A stretch of 60,451 nt of DNA, filler included. It is 7 parts of 7 records of this genome, joined end to end, with 100 filler letters (N's around TTAATTAATTAA, not from the genome) between each part and the next. Parts side by side here need not be neighbours in the genome. Positions count along the whole stretch, not along the records: positions 27,414 to 40,332 come from SRR31156797_9473; positions 40,433 to 45,844 come from SRR31156797_9476; positions 45,945 to 53,040 come from SRR31156797_9484; 4 more parts are not named here. One strand, given 5' to 3'. The notes beneath the pieces were generated by a model. It saw only the letters and a program-made list of their open reading frames with translations. It was not told the DNA's origin and made no database searches. This document shows, one piece after another, positions 38,278 to 48,997 of the stretch; positions within the stretch are counted from its first letter, which is position 1; each line of letters begins with the position of its first letter. The translations under genes were made by a program, and so were the position numbers.

Positions 38278-40332
38278 ATGAAGAAAATTACTGCCATCCT
38301 TATTTTTTTGTTCTCAGTTGCCTTGTTATCAGCTCAAAATGAGAAACGCCCGCTCACTCACAACGATATTCTGAAATGGGAACGAATTACTGAAACCATA
38401 ATTTCGAACGATGGAAAAATAATAGTTTACAAACAGGAACCCTGGGAAGGAGATCCTACCCTGAAGATTTCAACATCAAAAGGCGAAGAATTAACCTCGG
38501 TCAAAGGTGGGACGGATGCACAAATATCTTCCGATTCAAAATTTGCAATATTTACATTAATCCCTTCCGAAGATACAATCCGGACTTTAAAGTTGAAAAA
38601 AACAAAAAAAGAGGATTTACCCAAAAACACACTTGCTATTTTAAATTTTGAAGACCAGCAAACTGAGACAGTTGAAAAATTGATTTCAGTAAAAGTTCCG
38701 GAAAAATGGGCCGGTTGGATTGCATGGCAAACAGAAGCGCCAAAAGACACAATCCAACAAGAAAAAAAGAAAAAAGAAAAAGGGAAAAGTGAAGATGTAT
38801 ATCCTTTGTTTGTGAAAAACCTGGAAACAAATGAAATAAGCGAATTTCCAAATGTATCCGATTTTATTTTTGCTGAAGAAAAAGAAATACTTGTTTTTGT
38901 TTCAGAAGGAAAAGACAGCACTTTTGAAGCCGGCATTTACCGAATAGATTTAAAGGAAAATAAACAACAGAAAATTTTTGGAGAAGGAAAAATAAAACAA
39001 CTTTCTGTAAATGATTCAGGTGACGAAATTGCTTTTTTGTCTGATATTTCAGAAAAAAAACAGGAACCTTACTTTAGTTTGTACTTGTGGAAAGGTGAAG
39101 ATTTGGCACCGGAAGTTTTAAACAATAAAAACGAAGTTATTCCTGAAAACTGGGAAATAAGTGAAAACGGAAGGCTTTCTTTTTCGGGTTCGGGAAACCG
39201 TTTGTTTTTTGGCACCGCTCCTAAAAAAGCGCCTAAAGACACTACAATTCTTGAAGAAGAAATTCCGGTATTGGATGTATGGCACTGGAACGAAGAGATT
39301 CTGCAAACCGAACAAATCAATAATAAGGAGCGCGATTTGAAAAAAACCTACCTCGCTGTTTATGATATTGAAAATCAAAAAACAGTTCAACTTGAAACCA
39401 AAATATTTACCGGCATTCAACAAATAAAAAAGGGCGATGCAAACCAGATTTTAGCCTGGTCGAACCGACCGTATGCAGTGCAAACCATGTGGGAAGGCAG
39501 TCCCGCTCATAACGACATTTATATCATCGATATAAATTCAGGTAAAGCAGAAATGATTAAAAAAGATATTCGTGCCACACCGCAGGTTTCTCCCGAAGGG
39601 AAATATTTATACTGGTATAATGCTTTGGATACTACATGGAACACCTACGAGATTGAATCTGGAAAAGAATTTAAAATTACAACTCCCGCAAAAATTCAGG
39701 TAGCAAACGAGCTGAATGATATTCCAAATCCACCGGGATCGTACCGAACCGCGGGGTGGTTAAAAAACGATGAAGCGATTCTTATAAACGATCGTTTCGA
39801 CATTTGGAAGGTAAACCCAAAAAATCAGAATACGCCGGAAAATATTACTCAAAACGGACGAACAAAAAGTATCAGTTACCGATTGGTAGATTTTGAAAAC
39901 CAAGGGCGTTCGCGTTGGTCGGGCGAAACCGAAAATGGAATCGATCCGGAAAAAATTTATATTCTAACTGGTCGGAACGAAGTAACCCGTGAAGAGGGAT
40001 ATTATGAATTGAACCTAAAAAAAGAAAGTTTGCCAAAAGAATTATTTTCAGGGGAATATATTTTAAATACACCGGCTAAAGCAAAGAATGAAGATGTAAT
40101 AGTTTTCACGAAAGAAGATTTTCAAACTTACCCCAATTTAATTGCAACAAATCAGAATTTCAAAAAACAGGTACAAATCAGCGATGCTGCACCTCAGCAA
40201 AAAGAGTTCTATTGGGGAACGGCCGAACTTGTTTCCTGGACTTCGCTCGACGGGCGAAAACTGGAAGGGACTTTACACAAACCCGAGAATTTCGATCCCT
40301 CGAAAAAATACCCGATGATTGTAAATTTCTAT
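38278..40332 (+). CDS. S9 (prolyl oligopeptidase-family) peptidase, 3'-truncated
   Basis: Signal peptide, propeller region, WGTAELVSW...GTLHKPENFDPSKKYPMIVNFY at the start of the catalytic domain. Confidence 0.88.
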
Positions 40333-40432
40333 NNNNNNNNNNNNNNNNNNNNNNNNNNNNNNNNNNNNNNNNNNNNTTAATTAATTAANNNNNNNNNNNN
40401 NNNNNNNNNNNNNNNNNNNNNNNNNNNNNNNN
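40333..40432. other. Artificial contig spacer
   Basis: N44-TTAATTAATTAA-N44. Confidence 0.99.
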
Positions 40433-40433
40433 T

Positions 40434-43112
40434 ACTCTTGACGCAGGAATTATTCAGGCAGGCAGCATAAGTGATTATGTATGGCTCGACTTAGACAGAG
40501 ACGGCATACAGGGAGGCACAGAAGGTGATGACTATGAGGATTACAGCGGAATAGTTGTAAACCTATTGGATGCATCAGGCGACCCTGTACTGGATAATAA
40601 CGGTATTGCTATTACTGATACTACAGATTTAGATGGATTATACCTTTTTGATAATTTATATCCAGGCACATATATTGTGGAATTTGAATTACCATCTGGT
40701 GGTGATATACAATTCTGCGATAAACAAGTTTCAGGCAGCTCTAAAGCTTCAGGCAGCTCTAAAGCTTCAGGCAGCACTACAGCAATAGACAGTGATGCAG
40801 ACACTACAAGCGGACGAAGCGATGTAGTGATTTTGACCAGAGGTGTAGATGATTCGACGATAGATGCAGGCATAGAATATGTTCCTGCATTAATTGGTGA
40901 CTTTGTGTGGCGTGATAGAAATGCAGATGGCATTCAAAATGCTTCTGAAATGGGAATACAGGGAGTTACAGTTAACCTGATATATATTGACCCAGACGAC
41001 AGCAGTCAATCAGTGATTGCTGTTACTACGACTCTTACTGATGGTTCGTATCTATTTGACGAACTGAACCCAGGCGATTATATTGTGGAGGTAGTTCCGC
41101 CTACAGGATATGAGATTTCACCACAGGATGAAGGCAGTGACGATACATTAGATAGTGATATTAATGCTTCAGGCAGAACAGCCGCCATTACAGTAGCAGC
41201 TGGTGAAGCCTATGAAGATGCTGATGCAGGATTGTATCAATTTGCAGAGTTAGGTGATACAGTTTGGGAAGATACAGACTATGACGGCATACAGGATGCT
41301 GGTGAAAGCGGAGTAGATGGTGTAACTGTAAACTTACTCAATGACAGCGGTGTACAGATAGCTGCAACAACTTCTGGAGGAGGACAGTATTTATTCCAAA
41401 ACCTAGTACCTGGAGAGTACTCCATTGAGGTTATATTACCGACAGATTATATGTTTACTGAGCAGGACAATGGCAGTGATGATACATTAGATAGTGATAT
41501 AGATACATCTACTGGTAAGTCAAGTTCAGTTGCTCTACTTGATAATGAGTCTAATATGACAGTAGATGCAGGTATAATGCCATATGCAAGTCTTGGTGAT
41601 TATGTATGGTTAGATTCAGACCGTGACGGTGTACAGGATGCAGATGAGACAGGAATGAGTGGTATTACTGTTAACCTATTGGATGCAAGTGAAAACGAAC
41701 TGGCAACTATAACAACAGACTCATCTGGTGCATATAGATTCAATCAACTTGTACCGGGTGTCGAGTACAAAGTGGAATTTGAGTTACCTTCATCAGGTGA
41801 CTATATATTCACTGATAAAGGTGACGGCACACAATCAACAGTGGATAGTAATGCATATAAAACTACAGGTATTACAGAAGGTGTTATATTAACTCCAGGT
41901 GAATATAATCAGACTATTGATGCAGGTCTGAAATACGCTTCTGCCGCAATCGGCGATTTAGTGTGGCGTGATACAGACTTAGATGGTTTACAGGATGCTT
42001 TGGAATATGGTATCAGCGGTATTACTGTAAATCTGATATCTGTTGACTCAGGCGGCACAGAGACGCAAATAGCTACAACTACAACCAATGCAGACGGAAT
42101 ATATATATTCGATGATTTAAACCCAGGAGACTACAAGGTTCAGGTAGTGCCAACAGGTATATTCAGAATTACTGAGCAGAACGAAGGATCAGATGATACT
42201 GTAGACAGTGACTTTGACAGAACTACAGGTATAACTGATGCAATAACTCTGGCGATTGGTGAAACAAACAACGAGGTTGATGGAGGGATGTATGCTCTAG
42301 CAAGTATAGGCAACAGGGTCTGGGAAGATATGAACAGAGATGGTATTCAGGACCCAGATGAAGAACTATTAAGCGATATAACCGTAACACTGCTGGATGA
42401 AAATAATTTATTAGTAGCAACTACAGTTACTGATATAAATGGTGAGTATTTATTCGTGATGCTGGAACCTGGAAGATATTATGTACAGTTCACCAGACCG
42501 GTCACTAGTGTATTCTCACCACTGTATCAAGGTTCAGATGATGATGCTGACAGTAATGCTGATCTAAACAACGGAAGAACAGGTGCTATTGATGTAGGTG
42601 ATGGAGAATCCGATTTGACAATTGATGCAGGCATTATACCTCTTTTCACCCTTGGTGATAGAGTATGGGTTGACTATAATGGTAACGGAATACAGGATTC
42701 AGTTGATTATGGTATGAACGGAATAACTTTAAACTTATACAATGCAAGAACAAATGCCTTAATTGCATCGATGGAAACTATTGATGGAACTGGAGGTGAG
42801 CCTGGATTTTATTTGTTCACTAATCTAATGCCTGATGAATACTATATAGAGGCAGAATTGCCAGGTAATTATTCAGTTACTTATTTAGATGAAGGAAGTG
42901 ATGATTCTACTGACAATGATGGCATCAAGGTTTCGTCCAGAAGCATGCAGACTAATACATTCAATTTGACATCAAGCACTTTGGTAATAGATTTGGGATT
43001 AATTGACTTGACTATATTCCCATATTGGGATGGTGATTATAGAACTTTTATTATTCCTAACCCTGAGACGGGTGATATTATGGGCGATTTCGATTCTACA
43101 TTCACAAAGTAA
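40434..43112 (+). CDS. SdrD B-like repeat surface protein (5'-truncated; frame open from the contig start)
   Basis: Seven GD.VW.D...DG.Q...DSD...DAG domains; ends PNPETGDIMGDFDSTFTK. Confidence 0.92.
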   Translation, partial: TLDAGIIQAGSISDYVWLDLDRDGIQGGTEGDDYEDYSGIVVNLLDASGDPVLDNNGIAITDTTDLDGLYLFDNLYPGTYIVEFELPSGGDIQFCDKQVSGSSKASGSSKASGSTTAIDSDADTTSGRSDVVILTRGVDDSTIDAGIEYVPALIGDFVWRDRNADGIQNASEMGIQGVTVNLIYIDPDDSSQSVIAVTTTLTDGSYLFDELNPGDYIVEVVPPTGYEISPQDEGSDDTLDSDINASGRTAAITVAAGEAYEDADAGLYQFAELGDTVWEDTDYDGIQDAGESGVDGVTVNLLNDSGVQIAATTSGGGQYLFQNLVPGEYSIEVILPTDYMFTEQDNGSDDTLDSDIDTSTGKSSSVALLDNESNMTVDAGIMPYASLGDYVWLDSDRDGVQDADETGMSGITVNLLDASENELATITTDSSGAYRFNQLVPGVEYKVEFELPSSGDYIFTDKGDGTQSTVDSNAYKTTGITEGVILTPGEYNQTIDAGLKYASAAIGDLVWRDTDLDGLQDALEYGISGITVNLISVDSGGTETQIATTTTNADGIYIFDDLNPGDYKVQVVPTGIFRITEQNEGSDDTVDSDFDRTTGITDAITLAIGETNNEVDGGMYALASIGNRVWEDMNRDGIQDPDEELLSDITVTLLDENNLLVATTVTDINGEYLFVMLEPGRYYVQFTRPVTSVFSPLYQGSDDDADSNADLNNGRTGAIDVGDGESDLTIDAGIIPLFTLGDRVWVDYNGNGIQDSVDYGMNGITLNLYNARTNALIASMETIDGTGGEPGFYLFTNLMPDEYYIEAELPGNYSVTYLDEGSDDSTDNDGIKVSSRSMQTNTFNLTSSTLVIDLGLIDLTIFPYWDGDYRTFIIPNPETGDIMGDFDSTFTK
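40730..40775 (+). repeat. In-frame 18-nt tandem repeat, about 2.5 copies (SGSSKA)
   Basis: TTCAGGCAGCTCTAAAGC x2 + TTCAGGCAGC. Confidence 0.9.
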
Positions 43113-43145
43113 ATAATTTTGGCTCTGTCTTAAGAAAAAGCATTG

Positions 43146-43168
43146 AAAGGCGTTTCACGACGCCTTTT
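43146..43168 (+). terminator. Intrinsic terminator
   Basis: AAAGGCGT-ttcacg-ACGCCTTTT. Confidence 0.7.
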
Positions 43169-43529
43169 AACATATTAAATTCGTAGTTTTCCGATTCGTT
43201 GTACAATAGTAAATTTATATAATTAGTGAAAAAGGCAGATGAAATTGTGAGATAACTATATTAAATTTGCAAAACGAAATAAAAAATGGTGACAGATTAC
43301 AAGTTTAATAGTCACTACTACAATAGAAATGATTATAAAAACTATATATAAAACAATTAAATTGCCAGAATATAAAAAACTAATACAAACAAATAAAATT
43401 TTTAGCCCTAAAGACATTTAGGAGTAGTGGAATTGTCTTCATCTTCATTCATCTGTAAGAATTACCGTTACCCAATAGTAAATTTATGGTAGAATACTTA
43501 TAATTGCTGAGTAAACAAGAAATTGTTCC

Positions 43530-43726
43530 ATTGACGAACCATTTAATGGTTTGGATAAAATTGGAATCAATAATATAAGAAATCTATTGTTGCAATTAAA
43601 AATAGTAAAACAACTATAATAATAGCAACACATATTGAAGATTATATTAATATTTTATATGATAATGTATACAGTGTTAATGATTGCTTGGTTACTAAAG
43701 TAAAATATTTTAAAGAAATGAATTAG
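43530..43726 (+). pseudogene. ABC transporter ATPase C-terminal relic
   Basis: IDEPFNGLDKIGINNIRNLLLQLK, a 1-nt frameshift at the A5 run 43598-43602, then NSKTTIIIATHIEDYINILYDNVY (Walker B, D-loop, H-loop); no N-terminal half. Confidence 0.8.
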
Positions 43727-43728
43727 TT

Positions 43729-45207
43729 ATGATGAAAATAATACAAAGAACGTATAATAAGGTTGCATTATTAATACTTATTATTTTATTGCTATTTACA
43801 ATTTCTGCATGCCAAGAAACACCTGATGAGCTAGTAGTTCAAAATAAAGGCGATGGAAGATTACAAGAAGCGATTATGCAAACCGCGCAACCACAAGATA
43901 ATGAAAGCATAGAAGGTACAGAAAAAACAGATGCAGAATTAGAAAGCATATATGAAACGATTGAGTTAACAAGAACAAATAACTTAGGAAATGTAACAGT
44001 AAATGTAAATTGCAGTGTGAAATTACAAGGAGATGAAAAAGTAACTGTAGCAAATATTGAAAAATATAATTTTACTAAAGAAGATGTAGATAATATAATG
44101 AGCGCATTTTTTGGCGAAGATATTATTTATTTGGATTCTCATACTAAATCAAAAGCTTCAGTTGAAGCATTAATATTAGAAAAAAAGCAGCTAATGAATA
44201 ATGAAGAGGCTTTACTACAATTGGACTATGCTATTATAAATGGGATTACAGATATAGAGGTATTGAGGGAACACGAGCAGAAAATAATTGATGACCTTAT
44301 ACTAGAATTAGAAGAGCTCTCTGATGAACGCCCAGAAATAATGCTTAATTATGACATTTTTTCAGCATTAGTAGAGTTTGGCAAAGATTATCAAGGTGGT
44401 GCATTCATATATAATGAAAAAGATACTTATAGGCCAATTTTATTAGGATGCACTGCATTTGGCGGTAAGTACTCGACTTCAAATATAGAGTTTTTTTCAA
44501 CTTTCCCGGAACAAGTAGATGAAAATCTTGCAGACGTTCAATTAAATAAAGCTAAAGGAGCAGCACAAAGTATGATTGATAGTATGAAAATAAGTGGTGT
44601 TAAAATGGGTGATATCTACATAGCTCCTAATATACCGGTGGCAGCACCTAGTGATAACCCTATTGATGATAAAGAGTATTATGTAATTTGCTTTGAAAGA
44701 GTAGTAGGAGAAAGAACCTTAGATTACACTCTTCATTTAGGAGACGGACCATCAACAGGTTTTGATCGCCCTTGGCGTCATGAAAAAATACACGTTTGGG
44801 TAGATGGAGATAAAGTTTGTGGATTTACCTGGTACTGTCCTGCTGTAGTTACAGAAATAATAAATGAAAATGTTGCAGTTCAAATTGATTACCAAAAAGC
44901 AATAGACTTAGCTATTAATCAATTATTTATTCAATATACATATATATTTGATAATGAAATGTCAGATAGTATAAATATTGATATTACAAAGATGGATTTT
45001 GAACTTGTTAGAACAAAAGAAATGAATACGAACTCATATATTACAGTTCCAGCATGGAATATACATGGCATACTCAGTTATGCTTTAACCGATGAACATA
45101 TGGAGCAATATGATATTAGTGATAGGTATCGTGTAGAACCAGAAAAAAATCTTGTAACAGTAAATGCTTTAGATGGTACTATCATTGATTTAAGTAGTGG
45201 TTATTAA
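43729..45207 (+). CDS. Uncharacterised lipoprotein (DUF6034-like)
   Basis: Lipobox ISAC followed by QETPDELVVQNK; C-terminal VPAW...VNALDGTIIDLSSGY. Family recalled, not searched. Confidence 0.75.
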   Translation: MMKIIQRTYNKVALLILIILLLFTISACQETPDELVVQNKGDGRLQEAIMQTAQPQDNESIEGTEKTDAELESIYETIELTRTNNLGNVTVNVNCSVKLQGDEKVTVANIEKYNFTKEDVDNIMSAFFGEDIIYLDSHTKSKASVEALILEKKQLMNNEEALLQLDYAIINGITDIEVLREHEQKIIDDLILELEELSDERPEIMLNYDIFSALVEFGKDYQGGAFIYNEKDTYRPILLGCTAFGGKYSTSNIEFFSTFPEQVDENLADVQLNKAKGAAQSMIDSMKISGVKMGDIYIAPNIPVAAPSDNPIDDKEYYVICFERVVGERTLDYTLHLGDGPSTGFDRPWRHEKIHVWVDGDKVCGFTWYCPAVVTEIINENVAVQIDYQKAIDLAINQLFIQYTYIFDNEMSDSINIDITKMDFELVRTKEMNTNSYITVPAWNIHGILSYALTDEHMEQYDISDRYRVEPEKNLVTVNALDGTIIDLSSGY

Positions 45208-45418
45208 GTAAGATTTTAATACCTGCGTTGGTATAGCTGTTATTAGTGTAATAATAAAAGTATAATAGGAATTCTAATGCCATACATTGTAATAAAGGAC
45301 CCAGGTGCAAACAAATCTTATAGCTAATAAATCACTAGGTTACTACCATTATCCTATGCTGTCTCACTCATAATCATTGAGTAAATACGAATTTGATTAT
45401 TACTATTAAGAATTTTCT

Positions 45419-45844
45419 ATGAAAAAGTTGCCTCAGGTAGTTGCAATAAGAAACACTTTGAAAAGATAGAACTAGAAGGGATGAGAAGAATATATAATTC
45501 TATTATCAAAAAGGTTATCTGAAATTAACCATCTTAAGTTGGAGCAATATATAGTTAAGCATAGCTGCAATAGATGGACTGTAAATATTGGACTGCACAA
45601 AGAAAAAATGCAGTAGTTATTTAACAATGAATAAATGAGGGATAGAACATTATACACTTAGTGCAGTTGATATGTTGATGATAGGGAATGTTCTAAATAT
45701 AGTTTTAGGGACTAAACACTCTTGTGTAAAAGCACAACCGCAGAAGTAAAACTAATAGTGAGCTGTTTAATTAAAGATATTGAACGATGAATGACTTGAA
45801 AATACAAATATGACAAGGGACTGTAAATAATTGGACCTGTTGAC
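45419..45844 (+). mobile_element. Heavily degraded DDE transposase relic
   Basis: Fragments across stops and frameshifts: KKLPQVVAIRNTLK / KIELEGMRRIYNSIIKKVI / IAAIDG (45561-45578) / KKKC / EHYTLSAVDMLMIGNVLNIVLG. Confidence 0.55.
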
Positions 45845-45944
45845 NNNNNNNNNNNNNNNNNNNNNNNNNNNNNNNNNNNNNNNNNNNNTTAATTAATTAA
45901 NNNNNNNNNNNNNNNNNNNNNNNNNNNNNNNNNNNNNNNNNNNN
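45845..45944. other. Artificial contig spacer
   Basis: N44-TTAATTAATTAA-N44. Confidence 0.99.
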
Positions 45945-46286
45945 GTTTCTTGAAGCTGTACCAATCATAGTAACACCTTCGTTAGCGTTCTTAACGCCAG
46001 CAGAAGAACCAATTCCTTGGTATGTGAATGTTACGTCAGGATACATAGCCATGAACTCATCACCTAGTGCTAAGCCAATCTTTTCAACAGATGTTGAACC
46101 AGATACTGATACTTCACCAGATACTGTTGCTTCTTCTGCAGGAGCTTCAGTTGCTTCTTCTGCAGAAGCTTCAGTTGCTTCAGCAGCAGGAGCTTCAGTT
46201 GCTTCTGGAGCCTCTTCTTTAGTACAACCAGAAAATCCAGCTACAACTAAAGTAAGAGCCAAAACTAATACTATTAATTTTTTCAT
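45945..46286 (-). CDS. pstS: Phosphate ABC transporter substrate-binding lipoprotein (3'-truncated)
   Basis: Lipobox FSGC; SGSTSV; GIGSSAGV; IGTASR. Confidence 0.9.
46126..46206 (-). repeat. In-frame 24-nt tandem repeat, about 3.4 copies, encoding an EATEAPAE-type linker
   Basis: GTTGCTTCTTCTGCAGGAGCTTCA-like units starting at 46126, 46150, 46174 and 46198. Confidence 0.85.
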
Positions 46287-46343
46287 GTTTCCTCCAATAA
46301 GAAAAATTTAAAATTGTTACGATATGAATGCTATCACTGCTAG

Positions 46344-46381
46344 ATTATATACATATATCTTGTATGTAAAATCCGTGTAAA
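46344..46381 (-). promoter_or_regulatory. Pho box and -10 element of pstS
   Basis: Minus strand TTTACA-cggat-TTTACA (11-bp period) followed 15 nt later by TATAAT; matches Firmicutes PhoP TT(A/T)ACA repeats. Confidence 0.7.
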
Positions 46382-46653
46382 GCGTGATATAAAATACTTC
46401 ATTAATCGCCATTTTTCATTATGGAAACCATATAATTTTTAAATTGATGTTAAATATTTTTAATTTTTTGGGTGTTTTCTTAATATGATAGTAAAAATCA
46501 AAAAGATTCACTATTTGTGTTTAATTAATATTTATAATCCGTGTTAAATCTGATATTACTGTAAAATGCTTTTTAAAAAATCACTAGATACAATATGTTC
46601 TGCTTAGCTATAAAATTGTATATATTTATATAATAATAATTTCTTATTAAAAA

Positions 46654-46685
46654 ACCGCACTAGATATCAATTGACCAGTGCGGTC
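46654..46685 (-). terminator. Terminator after gltX
   Basis: ACCGCACT...AGTGCGGT with T-tract on the minus strand. Confidence 0.7.
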
Positions 46686-46696
46686 TGTAGTAAGAT

Positions 46697-48343
46697 TTAA
46701 ATTTTGTCTATCGCATTCATTATACGATTTCTAGTATCTTCTTCACCGAGAATCTGCTGTATCTGCCAAATATCCGGTGAATTTTGTTTACCTGTCAATG
46801 CAACTCTGATAATTGTAGTTACTTCCATAATGCTTCCGCTAAAAGCAGTAGGATCCTTTCTATACTCTTTTACTTTGGTAGTGTATCCAATGCTTTCGGT
46901 CAGTTCCTTAACTTTTGTAAACCAATCGTTTTTTTCATCTATATGACAGTATGATTCTAAATATTTTTGCAGTATATCTTTAACTATTTCCTTTGATTGA
47001 TTTTCAGGATAGCTCTCAATCTGCTCATAATACTCATTATAGAAATATTTAATGAATTCCTTGCACTGACTCCATGTCACAATATCTTTACGAGGCTTTT
47101 TGACCTGACGTCCCATATTTAGAATTTCTAATGTTTTTTCTTTATTAGCACTAATAATATCATAAAATTCTTTATCATAATTACTTGCCCACTCAGCTAA
47201 ATATCCATTGACTTCTTCGGCTGTCATCTTGATTATTACATCTTTACTGATATTATTTAGTTTCATTAAGTCAAAAAGTGTACCGGAATTAGTCATCTTC
47301 TGTGTTGAAAATTTGAATTCATTCCTGCTAGCATCAGGATTCTTGTGCCTCCAAGCTTCATAGTTAGAGTTTAGAATTGTCAGCAGATATTCCCACACAG
47401 CCTCTATACAGTATCCCTGAGAACGATAATACTCCAGAGATAATTCAGGGTCTTTTCTCTTTGACAGTTTGCGCTTGACTCCGTCATCTACTTTCATTAA
47501 TTGAGCAGTATGACAGTAAATAGGTTTTTTGAATTCCAGTGCATCAAATAACTGTACATGAATAGGCAGAGTAGACATCCACTCCTCACCTCTTACCACA
47601 TGAGTTGTCCTCATCAGATGGTCATCAATTACATGAGCGAAATGATATGTAGGTATACCGTCAGACTTTAGTATTACTACATCCTGTACATTTTCAGGCA
47701 TTGAGAGCTCACCACGTACACCGTCAGTAATTGTGAAATTTTCATTTTCATCACCATTTGAACGAAAACGAAGAACATAGTCTTTACCTGAAGATAAGTT
47801 TTCCTTAACTTCTTCAAGTGTAATATCCCTGTGCTTTGCCCACTTACCGTAGTATCCAAAATTCAGCTTATTTGCCTTTTGTTCTTCACGAATAGCTTCC
47901 AAATCTGCTTCAGTACAAAAGCATGGGTATGCTAATCCCTTTTCCACCAAATTCTTAGCATATACTTGATATATTTCTTTCCTTTGCCTTTGATAGTATG
48001 GACCATAATCCCCTACTTCACCATCTATCAATGCACCCTCATCAAATTCGATACCAAAATACTTAAGCGTTGTAATTGCCAGCTCAACCGCACCTTCCAC
48101 TTCACGCTTTGCATCAGTATCCTCAACACGCAGATAAAATATCCCCTCAGATTGTTTTGCCAGTCTGTCGTCTACAACTGCGCCAAACAAATTGCCTAGA
48201 TGAACAAATCCAGTAGGGCTTGGAGCAAGCCGAGTGACTTTCGCTCCTTTTGGCAAATCTCTCACTGGATATTTATCTTCATAGTATTGAGGTGTTTTAT
48301 TTATTTCAGGAAATAATAACTGTGCTAGTGCTGTATTATCCAT
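46697..48343 (-). CDS. gltX: Glutamate--tRNA ligase
   Basis: RLAPSPTGFVHLGN (HIGH), RVEDTD, DGIPTYHFAHVIDD, KLSKR (KMSKS). Confidence 0.95.
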   Translation of the reverse strand: MDNTALAQLLFPEINKTPQYYEDKYPVRDLPKGAKVTRLAPSPTGFVHLGNLFGAVVDDRLAKQSEGIFYLRVEDTDAKREVEGAVELAITTLKYFGIEFDEGALIDGEVGDYGPYYQRQRKEIYQVYAKNLVEKGLAYPCFCTEADLEAIREEQKANKLNFGYYGKWAKHRDITLEEVKENLSSGKDYVLRFRSNGDENENFTITDGVRGELSMPENVQDVVILKSDGIPTYHFAHVIDDHLMRTTHVVRGEEWMSTLPIHVQLFDALEFKKPIYCHTAQLMKVDDGVKRKLSKRKDPELSLEYYRSQGYCIEAVWEYLLTILNSNYEAWRHKNPDASRNEFKFSTQKMTNSGTLFDLMKLNNISKDVIIKMTAEEVNGYLAEWASNYDKEFYDIISANKEKTLEILNMGRQVKKPRKDIVTWSQCKEFIKYFYNEYYEQIESYPENQSKEIVKDILQKYLESYCHIDEKNDWFTKVKELTESIGYTTKVKEYRKDPTAFSGSIMEVTTIIRVALTGKQNSPDIWQIQQILGEEDTRNRIMNAIDKI

Positions 48344-48412
48344 ATTACTCTCCTTTTATATAAATCAAGGCTGCCCAAACAGGACAACCTGACAAAACAT
48401 TAAAAATGAATA

Positions 48413-48970
48413 TTATGCTCTTTCCATATATTCGCCGGTACGAGTGTCAATCCTGATTTTTTCACCTTGATTAACAAACAATGGTACATTTACTACAAAT
48501 CCAGTTTCCAGAGTTGCAGGCTTAGTTGTATTTGTAGCTGTATCACCCTTAAATCCCGGATCAGTTTCTGTAACTTCTAGGATTACAAAGTTTGGCGGAA
48601 TTACGCTGAATGCATTTCCCTTGTAGAACTTAATCTGAACAACTGTATTTTCCAATATATAAGGCAGTGCGCCCTCCACCTTTGCATGTTCCAATGGCAG
48701 CTGCTCATATGTTTCATTATCCATGAAGTAATATAGCTCTCCGTCATTGTACAGATATTCCATTTCTTTTGTTTCAATATGGGCTCTTATCATCTTGTCA
48801 GTTGGTGAGAAAGTCTTTTCTACAACTGAACCAGTCATGATGTTTTTAATCTTTGTTCTTACAAACGCTGAGCCCTTTCCAGGTTTAACATGCTGGAAAT
48901 CAACAATCAAAAATATATTCCCATCAATTTCTACTGTAATTCCCTTTTTAAAATCTCCTGCAGATATCAT
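48413..48970 (-). CDS. efp: Elongation factor P
   Basis: [35 protein letters not shown]. Confidence 0.98.
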   Translation of the reverse strand: MISAGDFKKGITVEIDGNIFLIVDFQHVKPGKGSAFVRTKIKNIMTGSVVEKTFSPTDKMIRAHIETKEMEYLYNDGELYYFMDNETYEQLPLEHAKVEGALPYILENTVVQIKFYKGNAFSVIPPNFVILEVTETDPGFKGDTATNTTKPATLETGFVVNVPLFVNQGEKIRIDTRTGEYMERA

Positions 48971-48997
48971 TATTAGTGTTCCTTTCTAAATCACTTA

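Noticed and set aside
43239..43421. Alternative genetic code (TGA=Trp) for contig 5
   Set aside because: The two long ORFs on this contig contain many Trp as TGG and no in-frame TGA; decay is the simpler explanation.
45472..45657. 61-aa minus-strand ORF
   Set aside because: Antisense to the transposase relic; no RBS or motif.
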